From NCBI GenBank assembly GCA_002159075.1, contig LZRT01000072.1:7096-71095 (forward strand): a DNA stretch of 64,000 nt, given 5' to 3'. Under the pieces are notes generated by a model, which worked only from the letters and a program-made list of their open reading frames with translations, was not told where the DNA came from and did not search any database. Below, piece by piece: positions 1-11,035 of this stretch; position 1 is the stretch's first letter; the number at the start of each line of letters is the position of its first letter. The translations under genes were made by a program, and so were the position numbers. This DNA comes from Bacillus thermozeamaize (GTDB lineage: Bacteria; Bacillota; Bacilli; ZCTH02-B2).

Positions 1-578
1 CTTTTGGCCAGACGGTGGCTGTTGGTGGCCGTCAGGCGCAACCGTCCCTCATGCATTTCCCAGCAGACGCCCGTCAAAATGGGCCGGGTTTCAGATTCCG
101 CGACAGCGAACACGGTTTGCTGGATAAGCGTTTTCAACAGGTTGCCGGGCAGCACGATGGAGGGATTGTTCTCCCAGTCAAAGCCGGGCAGGGCGGGATA
201 TTCTTCCGGATCCAGGCCGTTGAGGAGAACCTCCGTCTTTCCGGAGGTGATCTTGGCCGTGTAGTTGGCCGAGACCTCAATCGTCAGCTTTTCGCCGTCC
301 AGGCGCCGGATGATTTCCGCCGTGTAGCGTGCCGGCAAAACCACTTTGCCCGGCCGGTGTACGAGAAGCGGTTCTTCCTCTTCAGCTTCAGCCGGAGAAC
401 GAAGCGGAATTTTGGTTTGTATCGAAATGTCGGAATTGCTGCCCGCCAGTGTTAAGCCGTTTTCATCTGCGATGAACAAAATGCCTGTCAAGATGGGAAT
501 GGGTGTGCGGCTGTTGACAGCGTGATGCACTTGCTGGACAGCCGTGTTGAAACACATACGGTCGATGGTTATCAGCAT
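1..578 (-). CDS. dnaN: DNA polymerase III beta sliding clamp (5' part; runs off the window)
   Basis: Not in the ORF track because no stop lies in the window. Manual translation from ATG 578 gives MLITIDRMCFNTAVQQVHHAVNSRTPIPILTGI...ESETRPILTGVCW...ATNSHRLAK, typical beta-clamp motifs. Lies directly downstream of dnaA. Confidence 0.95.
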   Translation of the reverse strand, partial: MLITIDRMCFNTAVQQVHHAVNSRTPIPILTGILFIADENGLTLAGSNSDISIQTKIPLRSPAEAEEEEPLLVHRPGKVVLPARYTAEIIRRLDGEKLTIEVSANYTAKITSGKTEVLLNGLDPEEYPALPGFDWENNPSIVLPGNLLKTLIQQTVFAVAESETRPILTGVCWEMHEGRLRLTATNSHRLAK

Positions 579-699
579 CTTTTCTCTTCTCCTCTGGATC
601 TTTCCGGGTTTGTGTGATCTTCGGGCTTCCTGAATTTTTTAGCCGCGCGAGAAGTCAGGCGGCATGTTTTCGCTTGCGGCATCATACATATGGTAGGAT

Positions 700-840
700 C
701 AAAAGACTTTTCTTTTGGCAGTACTATTATGGATTGTGGATAAAGGGGATAAAATGAGTGAAGTGACGGCGCAAACAGTTATCCACTGTGCATAACTTCA
801 GGGAAAACAGAGCATGTTGTTCACAAATCGTTGTTCACAG
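700..840. promoter_or_regulatory. oriC, dnaA-dnaN half (incC-like): DnaA boxes plus putative DnaA-trios/unwinding element
   Basis: TGTGGATAA 735-743 is a perfect box, with AGGGGATAA adjacent. Also TTATCCACT 779-787, TGTGCATAA 787-795, and TTGTTCACA at 817-825 and 831-839. On the minus strand the tandem boxes are followed by TAA-TAG-TAC triplets. Confidence 0.85.
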
Positions 841-2220
841 GGCGGATGACGGATTTCTCATATGTTGAAGGCGGTCTTGAATCCGCTTGATGCTATCCTG
901 CAACTGGATGTCTTGCTGCAACAGTTGTTCCACCTTGGTGTGCGCGTGCAGCACCGTGGTGTGGTCCCGTCCCCCGAACTCCTGTCCGATTCTCGGCAGT
1001 GAATAATCGGTCAGTTCCCTGGCCAGATACATGGCCACCTGCCGCGCGAATGCGACATCCTTGGTCCGGCGTTTAGCCTTCATTTCATCCGCTTTGATGC
1101 CATAGTGCTCGGCGACCACGATTTGGATGTCCTCGATGGTCAAGGGCCGGGACTGTTCAGGGGAGAGAATGTCTTTCAATGCCTCTTGTGCCAAGTGAAT
1201 GTCCACGTCCCGGTTGATGACGGAAGAGTAAGCCACCACCCGGATCAAGGCTCCCTCCAGCTCGCGGATGTTGGTGCTGATTTTGTTCGCGATGTAATGA
1301 ATGACATCTGGCGGGATCTCCAGTTGTTCTGCTTTTGCTTTTTTATGAAGAATCGCAATTCTTGTCTCCAGATCGGGAGGTTGGATGTCGGTGATCAACC
1401 CCCATTCGAAACGGGAACGCAGCCGGTCTTCCAAGGTTGGAATTTCTTTGGGGGGACGATCACTGGAGATCACGATCTGCTTGTCGGCCTCATGCAGCGC
1501 GTTGAAGGTGTGGAAAAACTCTTCCTGCGTCTGCTCCTTGCCGGCCAAAAACTGGATGTCATCAATCAGCAGCACGTCGATGTTCCGGTATTTGGTGCGA
1601 AACATCACGGCCTGATTGTCGCGAATGGCGTGGATAAATTCATTGGTAAACCGTTCCGAAGTCATGTACATCACTTTTGCGTGGGGGTTCCGCTCCAAAA
1701 CGTGATGGCCGATGGCGTTCATCAGGTGCGTTTTTCCCAGTCCGACGCCTCCGTAGATGAAAAGCGGGTTATACGCTTGTGCCGGCGATTCGGCGACGGC
1801 CAGCGAAGCGGCATGGGCAAAGCGGTTTCCTTCGCCGATGACAAAGGTGTCAAAGGTGTATTTGGGATTGAGATTGCTATGAAAGCGCGACGGATGCGTT
1901 TTTTCCGGCTTGAGCTGGATGTGAATCTGTTTGACGGCGTCGTGGGTCGCATCCTTGCTCTGGGGTTCAGGCAGGACAAATTGGCAGTTCAACAGATTCC
2001 CCGTCACTTCGTAAAAGATTTCCTGCAGCAAATCGCTGTAGTGCTTTTGCAGCCAGTTTTGGATAAATGGGTTGGGCACCTGGATGACGGCCGTATCCTG
2101 GTCGATCCGTTCCAGCTTGGTGTCTTTCAGCCAGGTCTCGTAACTGGGCTTGCTCACTCGCTTTTGGATCTGCTCGATCACTTCTTCCCAGATCTGGGTA
2201 CTTTCCTGCACAGTTGGCAC
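835..2220 (-). CDS. dnaA: Chromosomal replication initiator DnaA
   Basis: Motifs [32 protein letters not shown] and [12 protein letters not shown]. Start re-placed at GTG 2220 behind RBS AAGGAGG (track start 2331). Confidence 0.98.
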   Translation of the reverse strand: MPTVQESTQIWEEVIEQIQKRVSKPSYETWLKDTKLERIDQDTAVIQVPNPFIQNWLQKHYSDLLQEIFYEVTGNLLNCQFVLPEPQSKDATHDAVKQIHIQLKPEKTHPSRFHSNLNPKYTFDTFVIGEGNRFAHAASLAVAESPAQAYNPLFIYGGVGLGKTHLMNAIGHHVLERNPHAKVMYMTSERFTNEFIHAIRDNQAVMFRTKYRNIDVLLIDDIQFLAGKEQTQEEFFHTFNALHEADKQIVISSDRPPKEIPTLEDRLRSRFEWGLITDIQPPDLETRIAILHKKAKAEQLEIPPDVIHYIANKISTNIRELEGALIRVVAYSSVINRDVDIHLAQEALKDILSPEQSRPLTIEDIQIVVAEHYGIKADEMKAKRRTKDVAFARQVAMYLARELTDYSLPRIGQEFGGRDHTTVLHAHTKVEQLLQQDIQLQDSIKRIQDRLQHMRNPSSAL

Positions 2221-2259
2221 GGGTAAATCCTCCTTGCTGGGGGATTGCGCAATGTGGCA

Positions 2260-2590
2260 AAAATCCACAACTTTCGCAGCCTGTAGACAAAAATATCCAC
2301 AACCTATGGAAACTGTCCACAAAGTTATCAACAGGTTGTGGGTAACTTATTTGCATGATGAACTTGTCCACAGAGTCAGTAGTCCTAATCATAGCATAAA
2401 AAAAAGGCCTGTCGCAATTCTTTTTCCGGCCTCTCCAGGATGGTTGTCCCGGATTTCAAAAGGTTGTGGATAGATGCTGTCCACAACACTAGATATTGTG
2501 ATTAGCCTGTGAATTTTTATTGGTTGCGCGGTCGGTTTGTCCACATGTGGACAATGGGGAATCGCGGATGATTTGTGGATTGTGGAAAGG
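2260..2590. promoter_or_regulatory. oriC, dnaA-upstream half (incAB-like): DnaA-box cluster
   Basis: Many near-consensus boxes: ATATCCACA 2293, CTGTCCACA 2313, TTATCAACA 2325, TGTGGGTAA 2337, TTGTCCACA 2364, TGTGGATAG 2466, and TTGTCCACA/TGTGGACAA 2537-2554. Confidence 0.85.
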
Positions 2591-2627
2591 GAGTTTTGTC
2601 TTTTCTTGTCAAGGGTTGTCCGTTTTC

Positions 2628-2656
2628 TTGACATGTTCCCGGACACTGGATAGAAT
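2628..2656 (+). promoter_or_regulatory. SigA-type promoter for rpmH
   Basis: TTGACA-17 bp-TAGAAT. Confidence 0.75.
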
Positions 2657-2797
2657 AACAAAGATGTTACTGCTATCTGGGACGACCCGGGAGTCATTAT
2701 ATTTAAGTGAAACAAGGCGACAAACGAATCAAGGCGACAAACAAGGCGACGCAGATGGGGAGCCGTCTGTGGGGTGCCGAAGGGAGGAGGTGTCTTC

Positions 2798-2932
2798 ATG
2801 AAGCCAACCTATCAACCCAAGCGGCGGAAGCGGAAAAAAGTGCACGGTTTCCGGAAGCGGATGAGCACGAAAAACGGCCGTAAAGTGTTGCAGGCCCGGC
2901 GTCGAAAAGGGAGAAAGGTGCTTACTGCGTAA
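2798..2932 (+). CDS. rpmH: 50S ribosomal protein L34
   Basis: Below the ORF-track cutoff. Translates to [44 protein letters not shown], with RBS GGAGG. Confidence 0.98.
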   Translation: MKPTYQPKRRKRKKVHGFRKRMSTKNGRKVLQARRRKGRKVLTA

Positions 2933-2939
2933 AAAGAAG

Positions 2940-2964
2940 AGAGGCCTAATCCAGGCCTTTTTTC
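2940..2964 (+). terminator. Putative intrinsic terminator after rpmH
   Basis: AGGCCT-AATCC-AGGCCT stem followed by a T run. Confidence 0.5.
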
Positions 2965-3009
2965 TATATCTATGGAGATTGATAGAACTAGGAGGATACT
3001 GTCGTCAGC

Positions 3010-3369
3010 ATGTTGCCGCGCCAGTTGCGATTGTCGAAGCGGGAGGATTTTAAAAGGGTTTTCCAGTGCGGGAAATCGGTAGCAAATCGTGAGTTTGTCT
3101 GCTATACTTTTCATAACCCAGAGGTAGAGCGATTCCGGATGGGGGTTTCCGTCAGTAAAAAGATCGGCAATGCTGTCATTCGCAACCGGGTAAAAAGGCT
3201 CATTCGGGAAGTGGTCCGCCTGCAGGCGGAGGAAATTCGGGATCATCTGGATCTGGTGATCATTGCCCGCAACCGGGCCCGGGATCTGGACTTTGAAGGT
3301 GTGAAGAAGAGTTTGAACCATCTGTTCTGGAAGGGAAAGATTTTCCGGCAGCGGGGAAGCCAATCCTGA
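3010..3369 (+). CDS. rnpA: Ribonuclease P protein component
   Basis: RLSKREDFKRVF and GVSVSKKIGNAVIRNRVKR (RNR motif); synteny. Confidence 0.97.
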   Translation: MLPRQLRLSKREDFKRVFQCGKSVANREFVCYTFHNPEVERFRMGVSVSKKIGNAVIRNRVKRLIREVVRLQAEEIRDHLDLVIIARNRARDLDFEGVKKSLNHLFWKGKIFRQRGSQS

Positions 3370-3428
3370 CAGACGGCAAGGGACGCTTTGTTTCTTGCCG
3401 GCCACCAATCCATTTTTGAGGCGAACCG

Positions 3429-3638
3429 ATGCGACATCTCCTGATTGGTTTGATTCGATTCTACCAGCGATTTCTCTCACCTCTGAAACCACCTGCATGC
3501 CGTTTTTATCCGAGTTGCTCACATTATGCCATCGAGGCCATCAAGAAGCACGGGGTGATCCGAGGGGGCTGTTTGGCCATGCGCCGAATTGTCAAATGCC
3601 ACCCTTTTCATCCTGGAGGATACGATCCAGTTCCCTGA
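3429..3638 (+). CDS. yidD: Membrane protein insertion efficiency factor YidD
   Basis: [11 protein letters not shown]...[14 protein letters not shown]. Confidence 0.95.
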   Translation: MRHLLIGLIRFYQRFLSPLKPPACRFYPSCSHYAIEAIKKHGVIRGGCLAMRRIVKCHPFHPGGYDPVP

Positions 3639-3688
3639 TGAGATGAACGGAAACGTTTGTTACTTCACATGATTTGGGAGGTTTTTTC

Positions 3689-4477
3689 TTGGTCAGGCGA
3701 ATAGGTGTACTTTTCGGTTTGCTGCTGATTGTCTTCATGATGACAGGCTGCTCACCAGAGAGCTACATGAAACCCATTGATCCCAATGGCGGCATCTGGG
3801 ATCGTTATTTTGTGTATCCGTTATCATGGTCGCTGGACACCGTCGCGGGATGGATGGCCGGATCGTATGGCCTGTCCATTTTGGTGGTGACGTTGTTCAT
3901 TCGTCTTCTCATCCTGCCGCTGATGTATAAACAGATGAAGAGCAGCAAGCAATTGCAGGCGATTCAGCCTGAGCTGGTGAAGCTGCAGAAAAAATACAAG
4001 AACAACCAGGAAAAGCTGCAGATGGAGACGATGAAGCTGTTTCAGAAACACAATGTGAATCCGTTGATGGGTTGTTTGCCCATTTTGATCCAGATGCCGA
4101 TTCTGATCGCTTTTTACCACGCGATCATGCGAAACGCGGAAATCCGCGAACACAGTTTTCTCTGGATGAACCTGGGGGCTCCGGATCCGATTTACCTCCT
4201 CCCTGCTTTGGCTGCCCTGACCACCTACTTTCAGACCGTGGTCACGCGGAAGATGATGCCCACACCGTCCACGATGACCGCGCAGATGCAGCAACAGCAA
4301 CAGATGTTGCGGATGATGAGCGTGTTCATGCCGGCCATGATCCTGTTCATCGCCATTACGCTTCCGGCTGCCCTGTCATTGTATTGGGTTTACAGCAACC
4401 TGTTCTCTATCTTGCAGACCTATTTTCTCTACAAGGTGTTGTACGCTGAAAAAGTTCAGGAGGGTACAGCGCAGTGA
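3689..4477 (+). CDS. yidC: Membrane insertase YidC/SpoIIIJ (lipoprotein)
   Basis: Lipobox MTGC and motif GCLPILIQMPILIAFY; likely TTG start 3689 after GGAGG. Confidence 0.95.
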   Translation: MVRRIGVLFGLLLIVFMMTGCSPESYMKPIDPNGGIWDRYFVYPLSWSLDTVAGWMAGSYGLSILVVTLFIRLLILPLMYKQMKSSKQLQAIQPELVKLQKKYKNNQEKLQMETMKLFQKHNVNPLMGCLPILIQMPILIAFYHAIMRNAEIREHSFLWMNLGAPDPIYLLPALAALTTYFQTVVTRKMMPTPSTMTAQMQQQQQMLRMMSVFMPAMILFIAITLPAALSLYWVYSNLFSILQTYFLYKVLYAEKVQEGTAQ

Positions 4478-5274
4478 GAAAAGTGCTGGCCGAGGGAAGG
4501 ACGGTTGAAGAGGCGATCGAAGCCGGGCTGAAGGAGCTTGGCGTGCCGAGGGAACAGGTGCGGATCCGGATCCTGGAAAAGCCGGCCCGGCGTATTCTCG
4601 GATGGTTTGGCAGGCGGCAGGCCAGAGTGGAGCTGGAATGGCTGGCCGACCCTGTCGATGAAGCGAAGCGGTTCCTTTTGGATGTCATCCGTTGCATCGG
4701 TGTGCCGGCCGAGCTGGAAGTGTATGCGGATGAAGACCGGCTGCGCATGCAATTGGTAGGCGAACAGGTCGGGGTGTATATCGGCCGCCGGGGTGAGACG
4801 TTGGATGCGCTGCAGCATTTGGTTTCCCTGGTGGCAAACCGGTACGCGGAACAGTATCTGAATGTGGAGCTGGACGCGGGCGATTACCGGCGGCGCCGGG
4901 AAGAGGCATTGAAAAATTTGGCCAGGCGGCTTGCCGAAAAGGCTGTGCGAACGGCCCGGCCGGTCTCTTTGGAACCGATGAACGCCCGGGAACGAAGGGT
5001 GATCCACATGTCGCTGCGTGAACACCGGGACGTGTACACAGAAAGCCGGGGAGAAGGAAGCCGCAGGCATGTCGTCATCTATCCCAGGCAATCGTTTTCC
5101 GACCCTCGGTCAGCGCAATCCTCCGTGTCGCAAAATCGCTCCCTGCGACAGCCATCCTTGCAACGACCATCCCACCGCACCACATCCCAAAAACGAGGCG
5201 ACGCTCAACGACGACCGCATGCAACCTCCTCCTCTTTGCCGACTGCCGATCCCCATGAGCGACAGGATGGATAG
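4474..5274 (+). CDS. jag: RNA-binding protein Jag/EloR (KH + R3H) with a low-complexity C-terminal tail
   Basis: GRTVEEAI, IGRRGETLDALQ and LEPMNARERRVIH. Confidence 0.95.
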   Translation: MRKVLAEGRTVEEAIEAGLKELGVPREQVRIRILEKPARRILGWFGRRQARVELEWLADPVDEAKRFLLDVIRCIGVPAELEVYADEDRLRMQLVGEQVGVYIGRRGETLDALQHLVSLVANRYAEQYLNVELDAGDYRRRREEALKNLARRLAEKAVRTARPVSLEPMNARERRVIHMSLREHRDVYTESRGEGSRRHVVIYPRQSFSDPRSAQSSVSQNRSLRQPSLQRPSHRTTSQKRGDAQRRPHATSSSLPTADPHERQDG

Positions 5275-5362
5275 CGGATTACTTTTCCACTTTTATTCAT
5301 ACTTGAATTGTGTTACCCTGAAAATTCAGGGATAAAAGCGTTTTGCAGCATTAGAGGACAAA

Positions 5363-6751
5363 GTGCAGGTGTTGCCAGTGGAACAGGATACCATTGCGGC
5401 GATATCCACCGCGCTGGGTGAGGCAGCCATCGCGATCGTCCGCGTCAGCGGGCCGGAGGCGATACCGATTGTCGATCGCCTTTTTCGCGGCAAAGTCCCG
5501 CTTGCGCAAGTCAAGAGCCATACGATCCATTACGGCCATCTGATCCGCCCGGATACGGGGGAGAAGGTGGAAGAGGTTTTGGTATCGGTGATGCGCGCGC
5601 CGCATACCTTTACCCGTGAAGATGTGGTGGAAGTGAATTGCCACGGGGGCATTGTCGGCGTACAGCAGGTGCTGCAGCTCATTCTCGATGCGGGGGCACG
5701 TCTTGCGGAACCGGGTGAATTTACAAAGCGGGCCTTTTTAAACGGTCGGATCGATCTGGCGCAGGCGGAAGCGGTCATCGACTTGATCCGCGCCAAATCG
5801 GAGCGGGCGATGAAACTTGCCATCCGCCAGGTGGAAGGCAGGCTGTCGGAAAAGATCCGCGCCATCCGGCAGCAATTGCTGGAGCTGCTGGCGCATCTTG
5901 AGGTCACCATCGATTATCCGGAATATGATGCGGAAGACCTGACCCGTCAACACTTGCTGAACGAGACAGCCAGGCTCAGGGAAGAGATTCGCAAGCTTCT
6001 GGCCTCGGCCCGGCAGGGGCGCGTCTTGCGCGAAGGGGTATCCACCGCGATCATCGGCCGGCCCAATGTGGGAAAATCTTCGCTGCTCAATGCTCTGGCC
6101 CGTGAAAACCGGGCGATCGTGACGGACATTCCCGGGACGACACGCGACATTATTGAAGAGATGGTGACCGTCCGCGGGATTCCCCTGCGCCTGGTGGACA
6201 CGGCGGGGATCCGGGAAACGGCGGATCTGGTGGAGCAAATCGGCGTCCAGCGTTCCCGCAAGGCGCTGGAAGAGGCCGATCTGATCCTGCTGGTCGTAAA
6301 CAGCGGCGAGCCGATGACGGAAGAGGATCGAAAGCTTTTGGCCATGGTGAAGGATCGCAATGCGATACTGGTCGCCAACAAAGCCGATCTCCCGCTGCGC
6401 CTGGATTTGCAGGAGCTGGAGTCGGCTTTTCCTGGGAGGGTGGTGCAAACCTCCACAGTGGGCGAGCCGGGGCTAGCGCAACTGGAGGATAAAATCGCCG
6501 AACTGTTCCTTTCAGGAGAAGTGGAGACGGAAGACTTCACCTACCTCAGCAATGCACGGCATATTCGTTTGCTCACCCAGGCAGAAGATGCGCTTGCCGA
6601 AGCGCTGCGTCATCTGGAGGAACAGATCCCGGTGGACATGATCGGAATTGATCTGCGGCGTGCCTGGTCTCTTTTGGGTGAAATCATCGGGGAAGAAGTG
6701 GGAGAGGCGCTGCTGGATCAGATCTTTTCGCAGTTTTGTCTCGGAAAGTAA
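5363..6751 (+). CDS. mnmE: tRNA modification GTPase MnmE
   Basis: [26 protein letters not shown] and C-terminal FCLGK. Confidence 0.98.
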   Translation: MQVLPVEQDTIAAISTALGEAAIAIVRVSGPEAIPIVDRLFRGKVPLAQVKSHTIHYGHLIRPDTGEKVEEVLVSVMRAPHTFTREDVVEVNCHGGIVGVQQVLQLILDAGARLAEPGEFTKRAFLNGRIDLAQAEAVIDLIRAKSERAMKLAIRQVEGRLSEKIRAIRQQLLELLAHLEVTIDYPEYDAEDLTRQHLLNETARLREEIRKLLASARQGRVLREGVSTAIIGRPNVGKSSLLNALARENRAIVTDIPGTTRDIIEEMVTVRGIPLRLVDTAGIRETADLVEQIGVQRSRKALEEADLILLVVNSGEPMTEEDRKLLAMVKDRNAILVANKADLPLRLDLQELESAFPGRVVQTSTVGEPGLAQLEDKIAELFLSGEVETEDFTYLSNARHIRLLTQAEDALAEALRHLEEQIPVDMIGIDLRRAWSLLGEIIGEEVGEALLDQIFSQFCLGK

Positions 6752-6779
6752 CATTCGTTTTGTGAAGGAGGGAAGGACG

Positions 6780-8669
6780 ATGCCATACGAAGCAGGAAGT
6801 TACGACGTAATCGTGGTGGGCGCGGGTCATGCAGGTTGCGAAGCGGCGCTGGCGGCAGCCAGGATGGGTTGTGAAACGCTGCTTTTGACCATCAACCTGG
6901 ACATGGTGGCGTTCATGCCTTGCAACCCGTCCATTGGCGGACCGGCCAAAGGCCATGTCGTGAGAGAGATTGATGCCCTTGGCGGCGAAATGGGACGGAA
7001 TATCGACAAGACCTATGTACAAATGCGGATGCTGAATACCGGAAAAGGCCCTGCGGTGCGGGCGCTGAGGGCCCAGGCAGACAAGTTTCTCTATCAGCAA
7101 GAAATGAAAAAAACGCTTGAACGGCAGCCCCGTCTGACGCTTTTGCAGGGGATGGTGGAAAGGCTTCTGGTAGAGGATGGACGGTGTTACGGAGTTGTAA
7201 CCAGGACCGGGGCCATCTTCCGCAGCAAGACGGTGGTCCTCACGACAGGCACTTACCTGCGCGGCAAGATCATCATCGGGGAATTGAAGTACGAGAGCGG
7301 GCCGAACAACCAGCAGCCGTCTGTTGGATTGGCTGAACATCTGCAAGAACTGGGATTTGAACTGACCCGCTTCAAGACCGGTACGCCACCGCGGGTGAAC
7401 CGCGACAGCCTGGATTTTTCAAAGATGGAAGAACAACCTGGAGACGATGTTCCGCGCGCCTTTTCTTACGAGACGACCGACTTCAGCCGGATGCAGGATC
7501 AGCTTTCATGCTGGCTGACCTATACTTCCCCGCAAACGCACCAGCTGATCCGGGACAACCTGCATCGGGCGCCGATGTACAATGGCGGGATCGAGGGAAC
7601 AGGCCCGCGTTACTGCCCGTCGATTGAAGACAAGATCGTCCGTTTTGCGGACAAAGACCGTCATCAGGTGTTTATCGAACCGGAAGGCCGGAACACAAAT
7701 GAAATGTATGTGCAAGGCATGTCCACCTCGCTGCCGGAAGAGGTTCAGGTCGAGATGCTGCGCACCATCAAGGGCATGGAAAACGTCCAGATGATGCGTC
7801 CCGGTTATGCCATTGAATACGATGTCATCGTTCCCACACAGCTTTGGCCTTCCCTGGAGACGAAAGTGGTGGAAAACCTCTTTACGGCTGGCCAAATCAA
7901 CGGCACCTCCGGTTATGAGGAAGCTGCCGGGCAAGGCATCATGGCGGGGATCAATGCGGCCCGCAAGGTGCAAGGGAAGGAGCCGGTCATCCTGGATCGC
8001 TCGCAGGCGTATATCGGCGTGCTCATCGACGATCTGGTGACCAAAGGAACGCAGGAACCGTACCGGCTGCTCACCTCTCGCGCCGAATACCGCCTCTTGC
8101 TGCGCCACGACAACGCCGATCTGCGGCTGACTGAGATCGGATATGAAATCGGCCTGATTTCGGAGGAACGGTACCAGCGCTTCCTGCGCAAAAAAGCGCA
8201 GATTGAGCGGGAGCTGGAGCGCCTGCGGACGACCAAAATCAAGCCGACGCCTGAAGTGAACGATTATCTGGCATCGCTTGGCACGGCGCCGCTTGACAAT
8301 GCCGTGGAACTGGCAACCCTGCTTCGCCGGCCGGAGGTCACCTATGCGGATGTGGCCCATCTTTCACCGCCGCCGGAAGTGTTGATCCCAGAAGCGGCGG
8401 AACAAGTGGAGATCCAGATAAAATATCAGGGGTATATCGACAAGTTGCTTGCCGAAGTGGAAAAAATGAAGCGGATGGAAAACAAGCGTCTTTCCGACAA
8501 GCTGGATTACTACGCCATTCACGGCCTTTCCCATGAAGCGCGGGAGAAACTGAGCAAGGTGCGTCCTCTCTCCATTGGACAGGCATCCCGGATTTCAGGC
8601 GTGAATCCGGCGGACATCTCCATTCTGATGATCTATCTGGAACAAATGGAACGGAGGACGTCAGCGTGA
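6780..8669 (+). CDS. mnmG: tRNA uridine 5-carboxymethylaminomethyl modification enzyme MnmG (GidA)
   Basis: [23 protein letters not shown] and [13 protein letters not shown]; ATG 6780 after RBS AAGGAGG. Confidence 0.98.
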   Translation: MPYEAGSYDVIVVGAGHAGCEAALAAARMGCETLLLTINLDMVAFMPCNPSIGGPAKGHVVREIDALGGEMGRNIDKTYVQMRMLNTGKGPAVRALRAQADKFLYQQEMKKTLERQPRLTLLQGMVERLLVEDGRCYGVVTRTGAIFRSKTVVLTTGTYLRGKIIIGELKYESGPNNQQPSVGLAEHLQELGFELTRFKTGTPPRVNRDSLDFSKMEEQPGDDVPRAFSYETTDFSRMQDQLSCWLTYTSPQTHQLIRDNLHRAPMYNGGIEGTGPRYCPSIEDKIVRFADKDRHQVFIEPEGRNTNEMYVQGMSTSLPEEVQVEMLRTIKGMENVQMMRPGYAIEYDVIVPTQLWPSLETKVVENLFTAGQINGTSGYEEAAGQGIMAGINAARKVQGKEPVILDRSQAYIGVLIDDLVTKGTQEPYRLLTSRAEYRLLLRHDNADLRLTEIGYEIGLISEERYQRFLRKKAQIERELERLRTTKIKPTPEVNDYLASLGTAPLDNAVELATLLRRPEVTYADVAHLSPPPEVLIPEAAEQVEIQIKYQGYIDKLLAEVEKMKRMENKRLSDKLDYYAIHGLSHEAREKLSKVRPLSIGQASRISGVNPADISILMIYLEQMERRTSA

Positions 8670-9394
8670 GTCACGACAGCCAGTCGTTGAACCGGTGGCT
8701 TGCAGCCGCTTGTGCGCCTCATCTTGCACTGGACGAAAGCCGGTTGGGCCTGTTTTCCGATTACCTGGAGCTGTTGCTTTCATGGAATGAACGGTTCAAC
8801 CTCACCGCCATCACCGAGCCGCGCGAGGTGTATGTGAAGCATTTTTACGATTCGCTGACACCCGCATTTGTCCACGATTTCACCCGGACAAGGCGGCTGA
8901 TGGATGTCGGGACGGGGGCGGGCTTTCCGGGAATTCCGCTGAAGATTGCCTTTCCCCACATCCGGTTGACGCTGCTGGATTCGCTGAAAAAACGGATCTC
9001 GTTTTTGGCGGAAGTGGTGGCCAGACTCAAGCTTTCTGATGTGGAACTCATCCACGGCCGTGCGGAGGAAGTGGGACGTCACCCGCAGCACCGGGAACGA
9101 TATGATGTGGCCATCTCCCGGGCTGTGGCCCGCCTGAATGTATTGTCCGAGTATTGTCTCCCGTTTGTCCGCACGGGCGGGGTTTTTATCGCCATGAAGG
9201 GAGCGCAAGCGGAACAGGAAAAGCAGGAGGCGCGTGCGGCCATTCGCCGGCTGGGCGGGGGGCGGATCGCGGAACACCGCTTTGATTTGCCTGATGAGGC
9301 AGGCGAAAGGACGCTTTATGTAATCGGCAAACAGGCGGCGACGCCAAAAGCTTTTCCGCGCAAGCCTGGCATGCCCGCCAAACAACCGCTTTGA
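8666..9394 (+). CDS. rsmG: 16S rRNA m7G527 methyltransferase RsmG (GidB)
   Basis: NLTAIT, KHFYDSL and [13 protein letters not shown]. Confidence 0.97.
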   Translation: MSHDSQSLNRWLAAACAPHLALDESRLGLFSDYLELLLSWNERFNLTAITEPREVYVKHFYDSLTPAFVHDFTRTRRLMDVGTGAGFPGIPLKIAFPHIRLTLLDSLKKRISFLAEVVARLKLSDVELIHGRAEEVGRHPQHRERYDVAISRAVARLNVLSEYCLPFVRTGGVFIAMKGAQAEQEKQEARAAIRRLGGGRIAEHRFDLPDEAGERTLYVIGKQAATPKAFPRKPGMPAKQPL

Positions 9395-9418
9395 CCTGAC
9401 GCTTGTCAGGTCTTTTTT
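9393..9418 (+). terminator. Intrinsic terminator after rsmG
   Basis: GACCTGAC-GCTT-GTCAGGTC followed by T6. Confidence 0.85.
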
Positions 9419-9433
9419 GTTCCACGTGAAACA
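9418..9433. promoter_or_regulatory. parS site (Spo0J/ParB binding)
   Basis: TGTTCCACGTGAAACA matches the consensus TGTTNCACGTGAAACA. Confidence 0.92.
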
Positions 9434-9616
9434 ATGCCGACCCTGTTGGTTTCCATTCTTAATAAATTAGGAAAAGCATCAAACGCCGCGACGGCACTTA
9501 ATTTGAAATAAAGAAAAGAGTGGGTGAAAAGAGGAGCAGAAAACTTGCAGGGAACCGGAGATGGGTTATTGATACCTGTCAGACATCCTTAGGGCTACCC
9601 GTAACGATGATTGTGG

Positions 9617-9632
9617 TGTTGAACGTGAAACT
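9617..9632. promoter_or_regulatory. Degenerate parS site
   Basis: TGTTGAACGTGAAACT has 2 mismatches to consensus. Confidence 0.5.
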
Positions 9633-10056
9633 CTGCCGAGAAATTTTTCTGGTTTTCATTTCTGCCGGTCGTTTTCATTTCCGCCGGCAGAGGGAACCAT
9701 TTTATGGTGGTCAACGGACAACGATGTTCCGTTTTAATAAAAGAGTAAATGGATCGGGCATGGGAGAGGAAAAATGGCCGAAGCCGTTGTGGTAAAATGT
9801 AGAGGAAAAACAAACCGCCACACGAACGTGCATCGTGATGGTGGCGGCGTACCCATTCCGCCATTTCCTCCACCGAACCGCAGAGACAATGGAGCATCAG
9901 CATTCGGGCGAAATCGGTTTTGGCGAGAAGGATTTTTTGCGTGGCATGTCGAAAAGATGATCAAGCACCCCATGTCTTTTTCTTATTTTTGGCAAGGCAA
10001 ACTGTACTGGTTCGTTAAAGATAGATTGGTTTAACGATAGAAAGAAGTGATGGCTT

Positions 10057-10926
10057 GTGAAGGGGCATCTGAGCAAGTGGTTTGGTTTTTCGGAAAAGGA
10101 TTCTTCCCACGGCAGGCGGGAGGAGTGGGCGGATGAGGTTGAAGCGGTGGAAGAGGTGAAGGAGATCCCTGTTGAGCTCATCTCTCCCAACCCCTATCAG
10201 CCCCGGACCGTCTTTGACGATGAACGCATCGAGGAATTGAGCCAGACCATTCGCACGCATGGCGTCATCCAGCCCATCGTGGTCAGGGAATTGGAGAATG
10301 GAAAATACGAGCTGATCGCCGGCGAACGGCGGCTGCGCGCGGTGAAAAAGCTGAATCTGCCGACCATTCCTGCGATCGTCCGCTCGTTGAATGATGCGCA
10401 GGCTGCTTCCATCGCCCTGATCGAAAACCTGCAGCGGGAAGGCCTGACGGCCATTGAAGAGGCCTATGCCTATCAACAGTTGTTGCAATTGCATGGGCTG
10501 ACGCAGGAAAGCCTGGCGCAGCGGCTGGGAAAAGGTCAATCCACCATTGCCAACAAATTGCGCCTGCTCAATCTTCCGGAGTCGGTTCAGCACGCGCTGA
10601 TGAAAAGGCAGATCACCGAACGGCATGCCCGTGCCCTGCTTTCCCTCCCCGATGCCGAGTTGCAGGAAAAAGTGTTGTCCGAGATTCTTCAGCATGAATG
10701 GAATGTCAAACAGACGGAGCAACGTGTCAAACAATATCTTGATGCCCAAAAACAGCAGCCAGCCAAAAAATCCAAACGGATCGCGTTCTCAAAAGATGTA
10801 CGCCTCGCGCTGAACACAATTCGCCAGTCGGTGAAGATGATCACTGGCAGCGGGATGAACATTGATGCGCGGGAAGAGGAACATGAAGAGTACGTGCAGT
10901 TTATCATCCGAATTCCAAAAAAATGA
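10057..10926 (+). CDS. noc: Nucleoid occlusion protein Noc (ParB family)
   Basis: N-terminal amphipathic MKGHLSKWFGF, plus PNPYQPR, GERRLRA and ENLQRE; lies between rsmG and soj. Confidence 0.95.
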   Translation: MKGHLSKWFGFSEKDSSHGRREEWADEVEAVEEVKEIPVELISPNPYQPRTVFDDERIEELSQTIRTHGVIQPIVVRELENGKYELIAGERRLRAVKKLNLPTIPAIVRSLNDAQAASIALIENLQREGLTAIEEAYAYQQLLQLHGLTQESLAQRLGKGQSTIANKLRLLNLPESVQHALMKRQITERHARALLSLPDAELQEKVLSEILQHEWNVKQTEQRVKQYLDAQKQQPAKKSKRIAFSKDVRLALNTIRQSVKMITGSGMNIDAREEEHEEYVQFIIRIPKK

Positions 10927-11035
10927 TCTTCATGAAAAATGTTCATCATGTATAATAGGGTTGTCTGAAACTTCCATTGTCCCCCGTTCGAACGGGGTGT
11001 TTTTTTCTGCAGATCCCAATCCGAGGTGAGTATAC

